Shown piece by piece: positions 51,597 to 63,970 of a DNA stretch of 63,970 nt. Each line of letters opens with the position of its first letter. Within the stretch, counting starts at the first letter, position 1. The notes beneath the pieces are model-generated. The model made no database searches. It saw only the letters and a program-made list of their open reading frames with translations, and was not told the origin of the DNA. The stretch is taken from assembly GCF_001194135.2 (NCBI RefSeq), contig NC_068999.1, positions 51,324,255 to 51,388,224 of the forward strand. The letters are read 5' to 3'. The position numbers and the translations under genes were made by a program. The DNA is from Octopus bimaculoides. Lineage: Eukaryota.

Positions 51597-53040
51597 NNNN
51601 NNNNNNNNNNNNNNNNNNNNNNNNNNNNNNNNNNNNNNNNNNNNNNNNNNNNNNNNNNNNNNNNNNNNNNNNNNNNNNNNNNNNNNNNNNNNNNNNNNNN
51701 NNNNNNNNNNNNNNNNNNNNNNNNNNNNNNNNNNNNNNNNNNNNNNNNNNNNNNNNNNNNNNNNNNNNNNNNNNNNNNNNNNNNNNNNNNNNNNNNNNNN
51801 NNNNNNNNNNNNNNNNNNNNNNNNNNNNNNNNNNNNNNNNNNNNNNNNNNNNNNNNNNNNNNNNNNNNNNNNNNNNNNNNNNNNNNNNNNNNNNNNNNNN
51901 NNNNNNNNNNNNNNNNNNNNNNNNNNNNNNNNNNNNNNNNNNNNNNNNNNNNNNNNNNNNNNNNNNNNNNNNNNNNNNNNNNNNNNNNNNNNNNNNNNNN
52001 NNNNNNNNNNNNNNNNNNNNNNNNNNNNNNNNNNNNNNNNNNNNNNNNNNNNNNNNNNNNNNNNNNNNNNNNNNNNNNNNNNNNNNNNNNNNNNNNNNNN
52101 NNNNNNNNNNNNNNNNNNNNNNNNNNNNNNNNNNNNNNNNNNNNNNNNNNNNNNNNNNNNNNNNNNNNNNNNNNNNNNNNNNNNNNNNNNNCGATAGAGT
52201 CAACGTGTATAAGTCCACGTGCACGGGTGTGTGAATGTATGCATATTACTGGCCGACTACTAAGTAAAGCTAAGGGATTTGAATAAATTCCAATAGTTAA
52301 GGTATCGACGGTTGTATATATATATATATATATATTTTTTTCAAAACGTTTTGTCAACTTTCCAGAACATAACTGCCAATAAATCGATGGCATTGCCAAC
52401 CAATATATATCAAAGGTTAAACTTTGCTTCATATGCGTCTTTCTTTAGGCGAAAAAAAACTTATCAACAATGTTTTAATGAGATTATTAAGTGACTCCTG
52501 AATAATCCAGGAAGATTATCCTTAAGTCACAATAAAGCAGTCAAAATGTATTGTCTTTCGTTTTTTTGTTAGGTTATTTAATGATTTACGTTCTTAAAAT
52601 TCAAGCAGGATATTTCAGCGTCAATTTATAGCCGTACGATACTAAATAATCAGCATCTATCGTTTGAAATCAGCTTCCTTGGCTGCCAAATTGCCAACAA
52701 AACATTTGTATTTTTCAAAGATAACACAAAAGAAGCAAAAAGAAAAAATATAACTTCAAGTCTTGATTAGCTTAATTATTTGTTGTCTTAGGTGTTTTAT
52801 CAACATGTCCACATAAATCAATGATATATAAAAAACAAAAGATTAATAATTGTGTTTTTTAAACATTCGCCATCTCTTTATATATTTAGTTGACGAAAAT
52901 GTTTTCAGTCGTGGTTGGATATATATGTTTCTGTACCATCATCCCCAGTGGCCAATTAATTGATTCAGCTGTATACTTTCTGTCTCTTAACAATGTAAAC
53001 TCTACTAGCTTATTCCTTCCGGTTTGAGAGGCTGTGCATA

Positions 53041-53111
<71 letters not shown>
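53041..53111. repeat. (AAT)n microsatellite
   Basis: Seen directly. Confidence 0.98.
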
Positions 53112-53113
<2 letters not shown>

Positions 53114-54014
53114 GGTAATAGTAATGNNNNNNNNNNGTAATGACTCTAGAATTTCAGGAAAGCTTGATCTATCCGTAACGTTAAGAATTTTTTTTTTTAA
53201 TGTTTACAAGTATGTAAACTATGCATCATATACCACAGCAGCTGAGAATTTGTTGTTTACGGTAAATTGTGATAGAAAAAGAAACAAGAAGTACAAACGT
53301 ATATTATGAGTATAATTACAAAGAAAGATACATGTAATATGTGGCTCTCGTAACATATTTAGATTGTAAGAAAAACATTTAAAGATGCATTTCAAAGAGA
53401 CGACCATTGAAACAGTTACAGTCGTGTATAATAGAATAACCCTTAGTTCGAATGAATATCACAGCTATGCAAAGATAATTCGTTGCTATAGGTAACAGTT
53501 AACTAATTCCTTGGACGGAAAGTTTGGGAATCTTTCAGGAGTTGATTTTGTTCAATCGTTGGAATAATGAATTACGGAGAATGTGATGATAATGATTGAT
53601 GTTATTGGCTTTGATACGGTTTAGCACTTCAGCTATGATTGGGAAGATTTATAATTATGATTCTGCGTCTAGAACCACATTATCAAATATAATATTTCAT
53701 TAAGAAAGTAAAGTGCAAAATGAGGTAAATCTAACTGATATTTTTAGCAATTTGAACAGTCGCTTAGTATTACCAATATTAGTTCTAGGCATTAATAACA
53801 AGGATAGTGGTGTGGGAGGTATGTGTCTGATTGTGTGTGCGTGTGGTGTGATAATAATCGCTAATTAGTGATAATGACGATAAAAAACGATGGTGATGAT
53901 AATACCCGTGTACGTACACGTTATTCTGTATATGAATCATAACATTTAATTTTACTTCAAATCATTTGTTTTCGTTTCCATTGGGTCATGAAAGTAATTG
54001 GTTATCAAAGAAAA

Positions 54015-54092
54015 GGGTCACAAGGCCATCGCGTCAGAACATTGGGTCAGAAGAGCGCTGGGTCAAATGTCAAAATTGATGACCTCTGACTT
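54015..54092. promoter_or_regulatory. Cluster of nuclear-receptor-type RGGTCA half-sites (candidate enhancer)
   Basis: GGGTCA at 54015, 54044 and 54060, TGACCT at 54080, near-matches GCGTCA at 54031, ATGTCA at 54067 and TGACTT at 54087. Motif evidence only. Confidence 0.35.
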
Positions 54093-54591
54093 ACTGCCTT
54101 TGAGAGCTTGTCGATATTTGCCCCGAGGTAACACACTTCTCATTGAGATCAATTTATATTTTCTACTATTTCCGTTTATATATTATTTAGGCTTTCGGTC
54201 ATTAGTTTTATTTGATTATGTAAGCTATTAGTAACCTTAATGTATTAGATACACTGACATCAAGGTAGTTTCTATTGATTATTAAACAGCAAGGCAATAA
54301 ATATTAATTTCGTACAATGGTACGAAACTAATGTTTCTAAATGAGGCATACTTTCGATTTAACCGTCATCAGAAGAGTGATGATGCGTATCAATTATTCA
54401 ACGAAAGCGCAGACGAAACGAGTAGAATTTGAACTTTGCGCATATATGAACAGAATTTAATATTATTACGTATTCCGAATGACTCTATACATATTTTTTT
54501 CAAACATGGCACCTACTTCATTTAGAAAATATTTCACGAACGTTCGATTGGCACAATTTTTAATGAAATTTTAATGCACGTCACTTACATC

Positions 54592-54668
<77 letters not shown>
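54592..54668. repeat. (GATA)n microsatellite
   Basis: Seen directly. Confidence 0.98.
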
Positions 54669-54670
<2 letters not shown>

Positions 54671-54915
54671 CTCTGTCGCCTGGATTCGTGCACGAATAAT
54701 TTAGTTGAGAATTATGATGAAAATATTTTATCCATCTCCTGCAAAATGCACATTGAAATTCTAAATAAAATGTTTTTTTTTCCTTCATCCTCACACGCGC
54801 TTCAACACCATACACGGCGTCAAAAATCAGCTGAAGCAATTGAATTGACTGTCATAATTCATAGAAATTATGCAAGACAACGTAAAGCATTTGAGAGATC
54901 TTCTTCTTCTTCTTC

Positions 54916-54988
<73 letters not shown>

Positions 54989-55725
54989 CATTATCTTCTT
55001 TCTTTTGTAACTTTACTGTCGTTATGTTTTTCTATTTCATATCTTTGAAATNNNNNNNNNNNNNNNNNNNNNNNNNNNNNNNNNNNNNNNNNNNNNNNTT
55101 CGATATATTTGCGTGTATGTATGTATGTATGTATGTATGTATGTATGTATGTATGTATGTATTATGTGAATGAGTGCTCATATTAAACATTGAAAAATTA
55201 TATAATGTGTGTGTGTGCTCTTTGTTGTCTAGTAGAAATTACTGTATGTGTCTATATCAATCTTTATATGTGTCCGTATATTTATGCATATACACTTATA
55301 TGTTTCTTTCAGTGTCGTTATACGTTTTTTAAATACTTTCGCACAAGTATTTGTGTGCGATTTCTAGATGGAAAAAAAATCATAGACAGAAATCTTTCTT
55401 GTTTCGATTTCATTTTTTATTCCTTTCTTCAGTTGTTGAAACGAAAATAGCAGACGCACCCATACACGCATAGACGCACACATAATTATGTGGACGCATA
55501 AATACACACGTTCATCCATATATCAAAAGTAAATATATAAACAAATATATACATCTATAAAATGTTTTATTTTTTTTTTAATCTAATTTCGCCTTTTTTT
55601 ATGAATTTTTTAAAGATTTGATCCTATAATTTATTTTAAATTCTTCACAAGAAAGAAGTTATTTAAATACACAAATACCACAACTATTATTTTTTCCGTT
55701 TCCGTTCGCTACAGCTGCTAAAGAC

Positions 55726-55781
55726 GGTGGTGGTGGTGGTGGTGGTGGTGGTGGTGGTGGTGGTGATGATGATGATGACGA

Positions 55782-55812
<31 letters not shown>
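55726..55812. repeat. Compound triplet repeat (GGT)13 then (GAT/GAC)16
   Basis: Counted directly. Confidence 0.97.
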
Positions 55813-57142
55813 ACTGACGGCCACGACGACGAAGACGACAATAATAAAACTGTGAAAACTAACTGCACCAAGTTTCGAAACATATGACAGCAGGGAATCG
55901 CCCCTTTCTAGGATGTATGACTGCAAAAACGAAACGTCGTGTGTAAGTGTAGTAAACTGGCCCGAAAGGGATACAAGTGAAGGCGCGAATATTGCGCGAG
56001 AAGTCATTCTTGCAAAGCAAAAACAAATATAGTACATTTGATCTTTCTATTATTTAAGCGGGATATTTCTCATTCATATCAATATGTATTTACCGTTCGT
56101 TGTGATCAGACAATGAGATCTGTGTTTGTGTACTTATTATCTAATACTCTTAACTTCCGGTTTAACTGCGCCATTGTTATTTATACAGGAAAAGTCGCGA
56201 AATTGGAAGATACTGTTTCTAACATCGAGTTAATAATGGCACTCGTTAAAGACAGATATGTTTTATGTTAGTTTATTATAAGAATGAGTACGTTCTCAGC
56301 ATATGTCACAGAACTTATTGTAATCTTTTATAGTTATTAAGTATGTAGTTATTTAGTCTGGATTGTTTAGAAAGACGATGGAGCTGAACATTGTCTGTTA
56401 GTGTAGTCTTTGAAATGACAACCACCAAAAGTTTTGAATATTTTCAATGCAAGAACTTTTCCAACTCCTGAAACTGTTTAAAGCCCGTCTCAAATCAGAT
56501 ATGATAACGCTTTGGGGTTGATGGGATTTTTAACTTTTACAGTTTTTATTGTCGTTATGTATTCTTCTAAACAGCTATTGTTTTTATACTTAAGTTCGTT
56601 TGCAAAAATAAGTTTTCGAAACGTTTCTGTGGTCTTTTGGGTTTGTTTTTTTAATGGATATCTTATCTATTTCTATGCTTAACTGTGATTTGAATCATAG
56701 AATTTCTTAACGCTGTTTTCCAAAAGCTTAGAACTGAGATAACAGTTTCTGCTACCTAACTTTGCACCTTTTTAATATATTATTTAAAGAGGATATTTTT
56801 TGTTTTAAACGTTCAGGTGTTCGCCTTTATGGTTTTTTTCTGTATTTATTTAAAATACGGAATGTATTTTTGTTAAACTTTCTCAAAAGTTTATCTACTT
56901 CATCTAGGTTTATTTTACTTGCTTTGCTACGTAATGTATCTGTTCTCTACTTTAATTTACCCTTACACGTGTCAATTCTATGTTGGTGCTTACTATCCTT
57001 TCTAACGATACATTGTATACATCGATTACTCCATTGTATAAGAAAATGGTTACGAAATCGTTGAACAAAGTATTGCTTAATTATACGTATAAGAAATCAT
57101 TTTATGCGGAAATATCAGCGAGCCATAATGACTTTATATATA

Positions 57143-57402
57143 CGAGGGACTGCTGAAAAATTCCTGGCTTTAAGAGTATTGCGAAAGGCCTAGTTGGAGG
57201 CCCAACCTTTCGTGTTCTTTTACTGGGCTTAGGAAAACAGAAGGACCGCTGTAATAGGTGTGTAAATCTGTGACGGAAATATGTTTAATACAATCATAAT
57301 TAAGTGATCTTCCAGTATTTTCTTTTACCCAAAACGAGAAACTTTTCAGCTTCTCTTCGTATTATACACAAGACTAGCTACGTTTAGTTTCAGCACCCCT
57401 CG
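57143..57402 (+). mobile_element. Internally deleted mariner (MITE) with two alternative right TIRs
   Basis: TA-CGAGGGACTGCTGAAAAATTC on the left; right ends TTTTCAGCTTCTCTTCG-TA (57359) and TTTCAGCACCCCTCG-TA (57402). Internal GLGKQKDRCNRCVNL*RKYV resembles the mariner transposase C-terminus (G...L..RW.KC....G.Y.E). Confidence 0.85.
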
Positions 57403-57713
57403 TATAAGCAAAAGTTGAATGAGAAACAATGTTGTGGTGTTTTATTGGTCTGTCGAGGTATTAGAAATAGCATTCATATCACTGACAAATATCACACTCC
57501 TCTTACGAATGGAAAGTCACATTTGGATAAAGCAATTCATGATACAGTATTTTTAGAATTGAAAATAAGATAATAAGATAGAACGGTAATGCAGGGAGTG
57601 TTATTTTCATGAAACATCTATCAGCTCTGAACAGGAATGACCTGCAACTAAAGCTAAAAGAAGGAAAACACTGCTATCCAAATTACAACTAAATAGGGTG
57701 TCTAAATAATCAC

Positions 57714-57905
57714 TCGACCTAATAGAAACTGCAGTCAAACCTACCTCAAATCACATTTGATTTTTTTTTTTAATAAGGTAAAAATGAATAATGTAGTTCG
57801 AGATAAGACTATGTCTTAAAAGAAGACTACAGTCACGGTTGGAACGCCTTTTGTTTACAAGCCAGCTGGATCAGAGTTGAACTGAACTCAAAGAAAATTA
57901 ACAAC
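57714..57905 (+). mobile_element. Dispersed repeat family 4
   Basis: GACCTAATAGAAACTGCAGTCAAACCTACCTCAAATCA aligns with 10562; ends AACAACAC. Confidence 0.55.
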
Positions 57906-58282
57906 ACGATAGGGAAGGGTCGGGGTATCAATAAAATACTACACTCGATATATTTCTATTCGAGTTTTCATCACGCAAACCTTGGTCCTCTGTGTATTCA
58001 AACGAAACCTACATTAGACATTGATATTCGAATTGTTTACGTCAGAAACAAGCAGCTCGCAGGCTGAGTGAGAAAAATTGCCAAAATGAACCACGACTTT
58101 TCATTGTTGGCTTTATTTTCAAGTTCTAATAAAAAGCAAAGTCATGTGTTTGATTGTTATTATCATTACAGTCTTTGTTGTTTTCTTCTTTTTTCTTTTT
58201 TCATAATGATGTTTCAGTTGTCGCTTACTGATATTGTTATCGTAGTTGCAATGCGCTAAAATGCTCTAAACATTTATTGATC

Positions 58283-58301
58283 CTACTACTACTACTACTA
58301 C

Positions 58302-58342
<41 letters not shown>
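58283..58342. repeat. (CTA)n/(TAG)n inverted microsatellite (40-bp perfect palindrome 58283-58322)
   Basis: Seen directly. Confidence 0.95.
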
Positions 58343-59122
58343 TCAGTTGAAAGGTGGTGGGTGGTAGAAGTAATAGTAGTTGTGTATCACGCCCTAACAA
58401 GATGTTTACGTGATCTCTCTTGTTTGGGCTTACAATACGTTGATTTGTTTTTCTAAAAGTTCGATGTTTATTTCAATGTCGTGTCTTGTAACCCTGTTGC
58501 AGAATGGGGTAAGCTGTTTGTATTTTCTATTTTTACCCCATTTGGTGAGGAGGAATTTTTCGATGAAATTTTTATTATTATTTTGTGGTTGTTTTTTTTT
58601 TATATTCGATACGAGACAACCCCCCCCCCCTCAAATGAAACTTTGAAAATGAACTCAACCATACCCAACACAAACATTGAAAAAATAGAAATTCAGAAAC
58701 TATTCATCTTCACGGTGCATACTCTTCAGACATTTCTGCAGATAATAACTTAAGGGTAAACAACTTTAACGACACGTTGAACAATAAAAAAACAACAGCG
58801 ATAAATATAGAATAGTCATTCACACATATTTTGCCAAGTGAAAATAATGTAACTAGCGTTAATATGCAATTGAAGAAATTTTGCTAACAGTGCAAGACAC
58901 AAGAACAGTTTGGACATCGAAAGAATTCAGTAAAGAAAGGATGTGTGGTAGCGATTTGTCCCAAGAGTGTGTATCTCCTTCCCTGAGAATTCATTGGAGA
59001 ATGGCCAAGAAGAAATATAAGATACCTCTGCTTCTCAAAAATCCAGTGTCCATTCAGTATGCTTTCAAATGACCATTTAAAGGAACATGTTTGGTATGCT
59101 TCATTACTCGTGGCAGAATATA

Positions 59123-59495
59123 CAGGAGCCTCAGCCAGATTCTTAAGATTAAATACGAGGCTAAGTTTTTCATTTTTGTAACACAATATTGTCGAGTGTT
59201 GAGTACAGTGTTAACCAAAAAGTATGTAAATAGAAGGGGCGTATGGACACAAGCCAAACCAGGAGCCTCAGCCAGATTCTCAAGATTAAATACGAGGCTA
59301 AGTTACAGGGAGTTTTGTACGTTATTGTACAAAGGCTCATCATGAAATACAAGCGTCATAGTCATAGTCATGAATATTGAAATTAACACTGCCTCCTCGT
59401 CCGTTTTCATTTTTGTAATACAATATTGTAGAGTGTTGAGTACAATGTTAAGCAAAGAGTGTGTAAATTGAAGGGGCGTATGAACACAAGCCAAA
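59123..59495. repeat. Local tandem duplication with internal deletion (A-B-A'-X-B')
   Basis: A 59123-59167 vs A' 59260-59304 has 1 difference in 45; B 59168-59258 vs B' 59405-59495 has 8 differences in 91. Confidence 0.93.
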
Positions 59496-60489
59496 ACAGT
59501 AATTCTGCTGCTATATCCTGTCATGGAGCAGAATCTGAATGATGAAGCTGAGGCTCAGGACAGAACTATCAATTACTACAAGTGTGATGTTAAGAGCAAT
59601 TTGAGAGCTTGCTATTCTGATGAGTGTGACATGTAGAGGAGGACGACGGACTTTGTTATACCCAGTAACGACACGAGAAGATGTTGCTGGTTAACATACC
59701 AAAAGTACCAAAGTACAAAGCCTGTGTTACAAAAACGAAGACATTCGAAAATCGTTTTTTATTTATTTATTTTTCTCCTCGAGAGACGACTTCAACAACC
59801 AGACGATATTCCGTAGCAGAAATTTTATGAGATGATGTGAAGCAAACAGGAAAACGAAAAAGAGGAAGATACAAAGGCGCAAAAACATTGTTGAAAGTGA
59901 GGAAGCTGAATGACGAGGTTATGTTGTCAATGTTCAGAAAGTGGGATTGGATTTGTGCAAGTCCTTTCCCCCCACTATAAAATAAATCATCATGCACAAG
60001 CATCACTTGAACAAAACAGTAAGACTTATCACAAAAATGGCTGGTCGTAAATTTCGCATGTATAGATCTTTCGATCAACCGATGGCAAAATTCGAACACG
60101 AGTTTGCAGCCATCATGTACGTATGTATGCATGCAGGTATGCATGTTTGTATGTATGTACGTACGTACGTACGTATGTATGTATGGCTGTTTGATGGGTT
60201 TAATAATATTACTATAGTTATTAGTATTGTTATTGTTGGTCATAATGTCGATAAGGAGGAGGAGGAGGAGGAGGAGGAGGAGGGAAATAGAGATAAGGTC
60301 GACAACGACGCCTGTTACTGCCATTGTTGCTATTGTTTCCCACCGTTTCTTCGTTCCCTTTCTTAACCTACTTATCAATCTTATATTGATTGTATTCAGA
60401 ATTCATTCATGTTAGCGATATGCTAATTAAATTTGTTCAGTTGAACCTGATTGACAAGGTGTATATACATACACAAACACACACACACA

Positions 60490-60537
<48 letters not shown>

Positions 60538-60901
60538 NNNNNNNNNNNNNNNNNNNNNNNNNNNNNNNNNNNNNNNNNNGCATGTGGTTCGTCTTTGTTC
60601 GTGAGCTTCAGCCCGTGTATGTGTGTAATGTGTTTGTCTGATTCGGTTCTGTTAATATGATAAGTCGATAGACATATTTATTCTTTTCGTGGAAAATAAC
60701 CTGCATTGATTGACAAATTCTTGCAAAGATCAAAGATATCTTAGAACTAAAACTCCAAAAGTATCTTTGATATTGTTTGTTTGTTTCTTTACTTTTCTTT
60801 TCCTTTCTTTACTATTTTATCTTACTTTCGACTTTATTGTATTTTTTTTCCGACATAGTACCTCTCTGTGTGGCTTGAACAATTTTCGATGTAGGCGTCT
60901 T

Positions 60902-60904
<3 letters not shown>

Positions 60905-60947
<43 letters not shown>

Positions 60948-61033
60948 CATCAACATCAGCTTCAGTATCATCATCATCTCCTTCTATCACCCTCCTCCTC
61001 CTCCTCCTCCTCCTCCTCATCATCATCATCATC

Positions 61034-61077
<44 letters not shown>

Positions 61078-61120
61078 CATTATTGTCATCATCATCATCA
61101 TTATTATTATTATTATCGTC
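60905..61120. repeat. Compound triplet tract (TTA)n/(TCA)n/(CCT)n/(CAT)n/(TAT)n
   Basis: Seen directly. Confidence 0.95.
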
Positions 61121-61871
61121 GTTCTTCTGGTCGTTGTTTTTCGTTATTGTTTTGCTCGTCATGGCCATGGTCATGGTTCTGTCGGTAATTTTGGCGAGGG
61201 TGATGCTCTTACTATATTCTTAACATAATTCTATTGCTTACTCTTTTTTTTTTTTGCCATGTGTATTGCTTTCTTTTGTTACCTTTCGTTTCTCTTCCTC
61301 TCATACATTCATATTAGGACATTACAATAAAAAGAAACATGAACAGTCACAAAACAATAAGCACGGAAATGTCGCCAAAAAATGCTTGAAAATAGCAGAA
61401 AAAAAAACAGAATACAAAAACCTAAATTAGACGCTTTTAGACGAGCATCGCATGAATTTTTCATAAAGGAATCCCACTTGGTGTTCTAACGGATTATCGA
61501 ACATACGTTACTTACTGTACATGATAAGGCTTATATTAAGAATTCACATTGTACGATGAAATCGAAATAGTAAGCAGACGATGATTACAAAGACAAAAAA
61601 AGAATAATGGAGATAAATCAATGAGAAACAAAAAGGCTAAGGTCTTAAACGTGAAACGGCATTAGTAATTGATGGCAAGAATTTGGGACAAGAGAAGTGC
61701 AACGCACATCTATGTAGGGTTGTAAACTGGCCAATACATTGTCTGACAAAGACTAGTAGTCCGAAAGCTGGAAGTCAGTGTCATCCGTCTATTTCTAAAA
61801 TTTTAATAATCATATAGTCTAAATGAGTAATTATTCAGTTAAGTGTTAAATTATTATATATACTTCGATTC

Positions 61872-62025
61872 GTAGGTCTTTACGTTCCAAGTCCGCCGAG
61901 GTCGACATTGCTTTTCATTCTTCCGGGGTCGATAAAGTAAGTATTAGTTGAACACTGTGGATGATGTAATCGACTATTCCTCTCCTCCAAATTGTCAGGC
62001 CTTGTGTCCATAGTAGGAAGGATTA
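61872..62025 (+). mobile_element. SINE family 1, 5'-truncated, plus strand
   Basis: CCGCCGAGGTCGACATTGCTTTTCATTCTTCCGGGGTCGATAAAGTAAGTA...GGCCTTGTGTCCATAGTAGGAAGGATTAT. Confidence 0.88.
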
Positions 62026-62077
62026 TATATATCTCGATATAAAGAACAAATATTACAATATATATATACATACATAC

Positions 62078-62110
<33 letters not shown>

Positions 62111-62490
62111 NNNNNNNNNNNNNNNNNNNNNNNNNNNNNNNNNNNNNNNNNNNNNNNNNNNNNNNNNNNNNNNNNNNNNNNNNNNNNNNNNNNNNNNNNN
62201 NNNNNNNNNNNNNNNNNNNNNNNNNNNNNNNNNNNNNNNNNNNNNNNNNNNNNNNNNNNNNNNNNNNNNNNNNNNNNNNNNNNNNNNNNNNNNNNNNNNN
62301 NNNNNNNNNNNNNNNNNNNNNNNNNNNNNNNNNNNNNNNNNNNNNNNNNNNNNNATATATATGCATGTCTCGCCTGCCTGTTTTTGCTCCGCTGAATCAT
62401 TCTTTGAGAATTTTTTAAGTGATCTCTTTCTAGCTCATTAACAGTCCACTTTAGTGCTCTCTTTTATATACACATGTACTATATATGTGC

Positions 62491-62535
<45 letters not shown>

Positions 62536-62924
62536 CGTTTGTATGTATGTATTCTGCTTAATCGTGTATTTGTGTGTTCGTGTTTGCATGTGTGTGTATT
62601 TTCGCATATGTGTGCGTGTGTATACCTTTGTCTTCTTGAGTGTGCATATCTGAGTGTGTCTGTGTATACGTTTTTTTTTTGTGATTATGTACGCGCGTCT
62701 GTCAATGTATGGACATGTGTCTCTATAAGTGCCCTTGTGTGAAGTGTTCGTGTGTGTACATAGCCATGTGTTTCAGTCTTCATTTGCATATGTATGTGTG
62801 TATGTGTGCGTGTCTGTTTATATTACTTATGTACTTATCTATCTGTATGCGTATCTGTTTACATTCATATCTATTTACCTACATATATATATACATATAC
62901 AGATAAATATACGTATATACATAT

Positions 62925-62969
<45 letters not shown>

Positions 62970-63373
62970 ATATATATAAACACACACACACACAGAGGTT
63001 GATATAGATATCATGGACTCTCCTGGGTTTAGATTCCTGGACAAACATATAAGTTCATAGGATATGTTATAAGGACTAAAGATTTCAAGTTAGAACACAA
63101 AGCGTGTGGAAAGCAGAAAGTCAGCCTTAAACGGACATACTAAAATTTGAGACAATGCTCAATGGATCCAAAAGTTTCATCGACGGGCCGTTTCGGAGAC
63201 GTGTCAGTTAATATGACATGAATTTCATATTTTAAAAGAACCAGACACTCCCCTCATCAGGATGCTCCACAACACGAAAGACACCATGAAGACAATACGA
63301 AAATGGACAACTCACATAATCACTGGAACGTGATTATGTTCCTAATTGACTGAGCTCTTCGCTACTTCCATCA

Positions 63374-63538
63374 ACTGGTCCAGTCACTAGGGATCACGCC
63401 TTCCTGAATAACTTGGTTAACTACACAGGTGACTAAATTGCATCCAACTCAACCAGATATATTAAGCATCTTGTCAGTGGCACCTGGTGGACCAGGAGCC
63501 CTCCCTGTCTTCATATCTCTATCTATGATGCTGTTGTC
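63374..63538 (-). mobile_element. RTE-clade LINE reverse transcriptase N-terminal remnant
   Basis: Reads RDMKTGRAPGPPGATDKMLNISG*VGCNLVTCVVNQVIQEGVIPSDWTS, following the MK.GKAPGP.GI..EMLK...........G.IP.DW pattern that opens non-LTR RT domains. Confidence 0.8.
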
Positions 63539-63970
63539 AACTAATATATATATGTAATACAAAACCACTTATTTTAACTAAATGCTCTTCATTTTATTAA
63601 TACCTTTCAGATAGCTGATTTACAATAGTGCTCACGCACTATTTTTTAAGCTCCCTTCAATATATTCTTCAAAATTTAAAATTCCACTCTTTCCTCTTTA
63701 CAGTGTATACTGATTCTACTAAAAGCAATTTTAGAGTAAAAAGAAATTCTATATATTTTCATTGCTTTCCGAGTTTAACTTAGATATAAAGATATAATTT
63801 TTACCTTCAAGAATATCTCTATATAAAGCTTACTTCCTGTGAGTTTCCGTTATCTTATGTAGCTCCGTTTTATTTAAAGCTTCTGCATTAACCTCTTTCA
63901 TGACTATCTTACCTAACGTATTTCATTAGTTTCCATCTGTATCTTCTCTTATTCTATTAAACCTGCACTA

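Noticed and set aside
58884-59186. 100-aa minus ORF with faint integrase-like SQGRRYTLL
   Set aside because: No catalytic D,D(35)E context could be aligned, and it partly overlaps the local duplication.
59767-60378. 203-aa minus ORF
   Set aside because: The first ~85 codons are microsatellite-derived. The remaining ~117 open codons have no recognisable motif or splice acceptor, and about one such stretch is expected by chance in a window this size.

Overview
AT-rich, repeat-dominated eukaryotic genomic DNA from a gapped scaffold. About 20 N-gaps are present, most flanked by (TA)n or (TG)n. The SINE families and microsatellite load point to an octopod cephalopod (Octopus sp.); this is inferred from recalled repeat sequences, not from a search. 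No complete protein-coding gene, rRNA, tRNA gene or CRISPR array can be supported, and nearly all ORFs in the supplied track are microsatellite or N-gap artefacts. Well supported content: (i) more than 20 copies or fragments of three tRNA-headed SINE families plus a fourth dispersed repeat; (ii) decayed autonomous elements: a DD41D Tc1/mariner transposase, a Penelope-like RT-thumb plus GIY-YIG fragment, two R4/Dong-like non-LTR fragments and an RTE RT fragment; (iii) TA-flanked MITEs (a Tigger/pogo-like pair and an internally deleted mariner); (iv) many micro- and minisatellites and local duplications or inverted repeats. The window is probably intronic or intergenic. A few short plus-strand segments with strong splice signals could be micro-exons of a large gene, but I could not recognise the protein. 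I found no convincing new biological system. The most interesting leads are structural: SINEs bracketed by unusually long or reiterated target duplications, an old inverted repeat centred on a CRE palindrome, a dense RGGTCA half-site cluster, and inverted repeat pairs that could form dsRNA.
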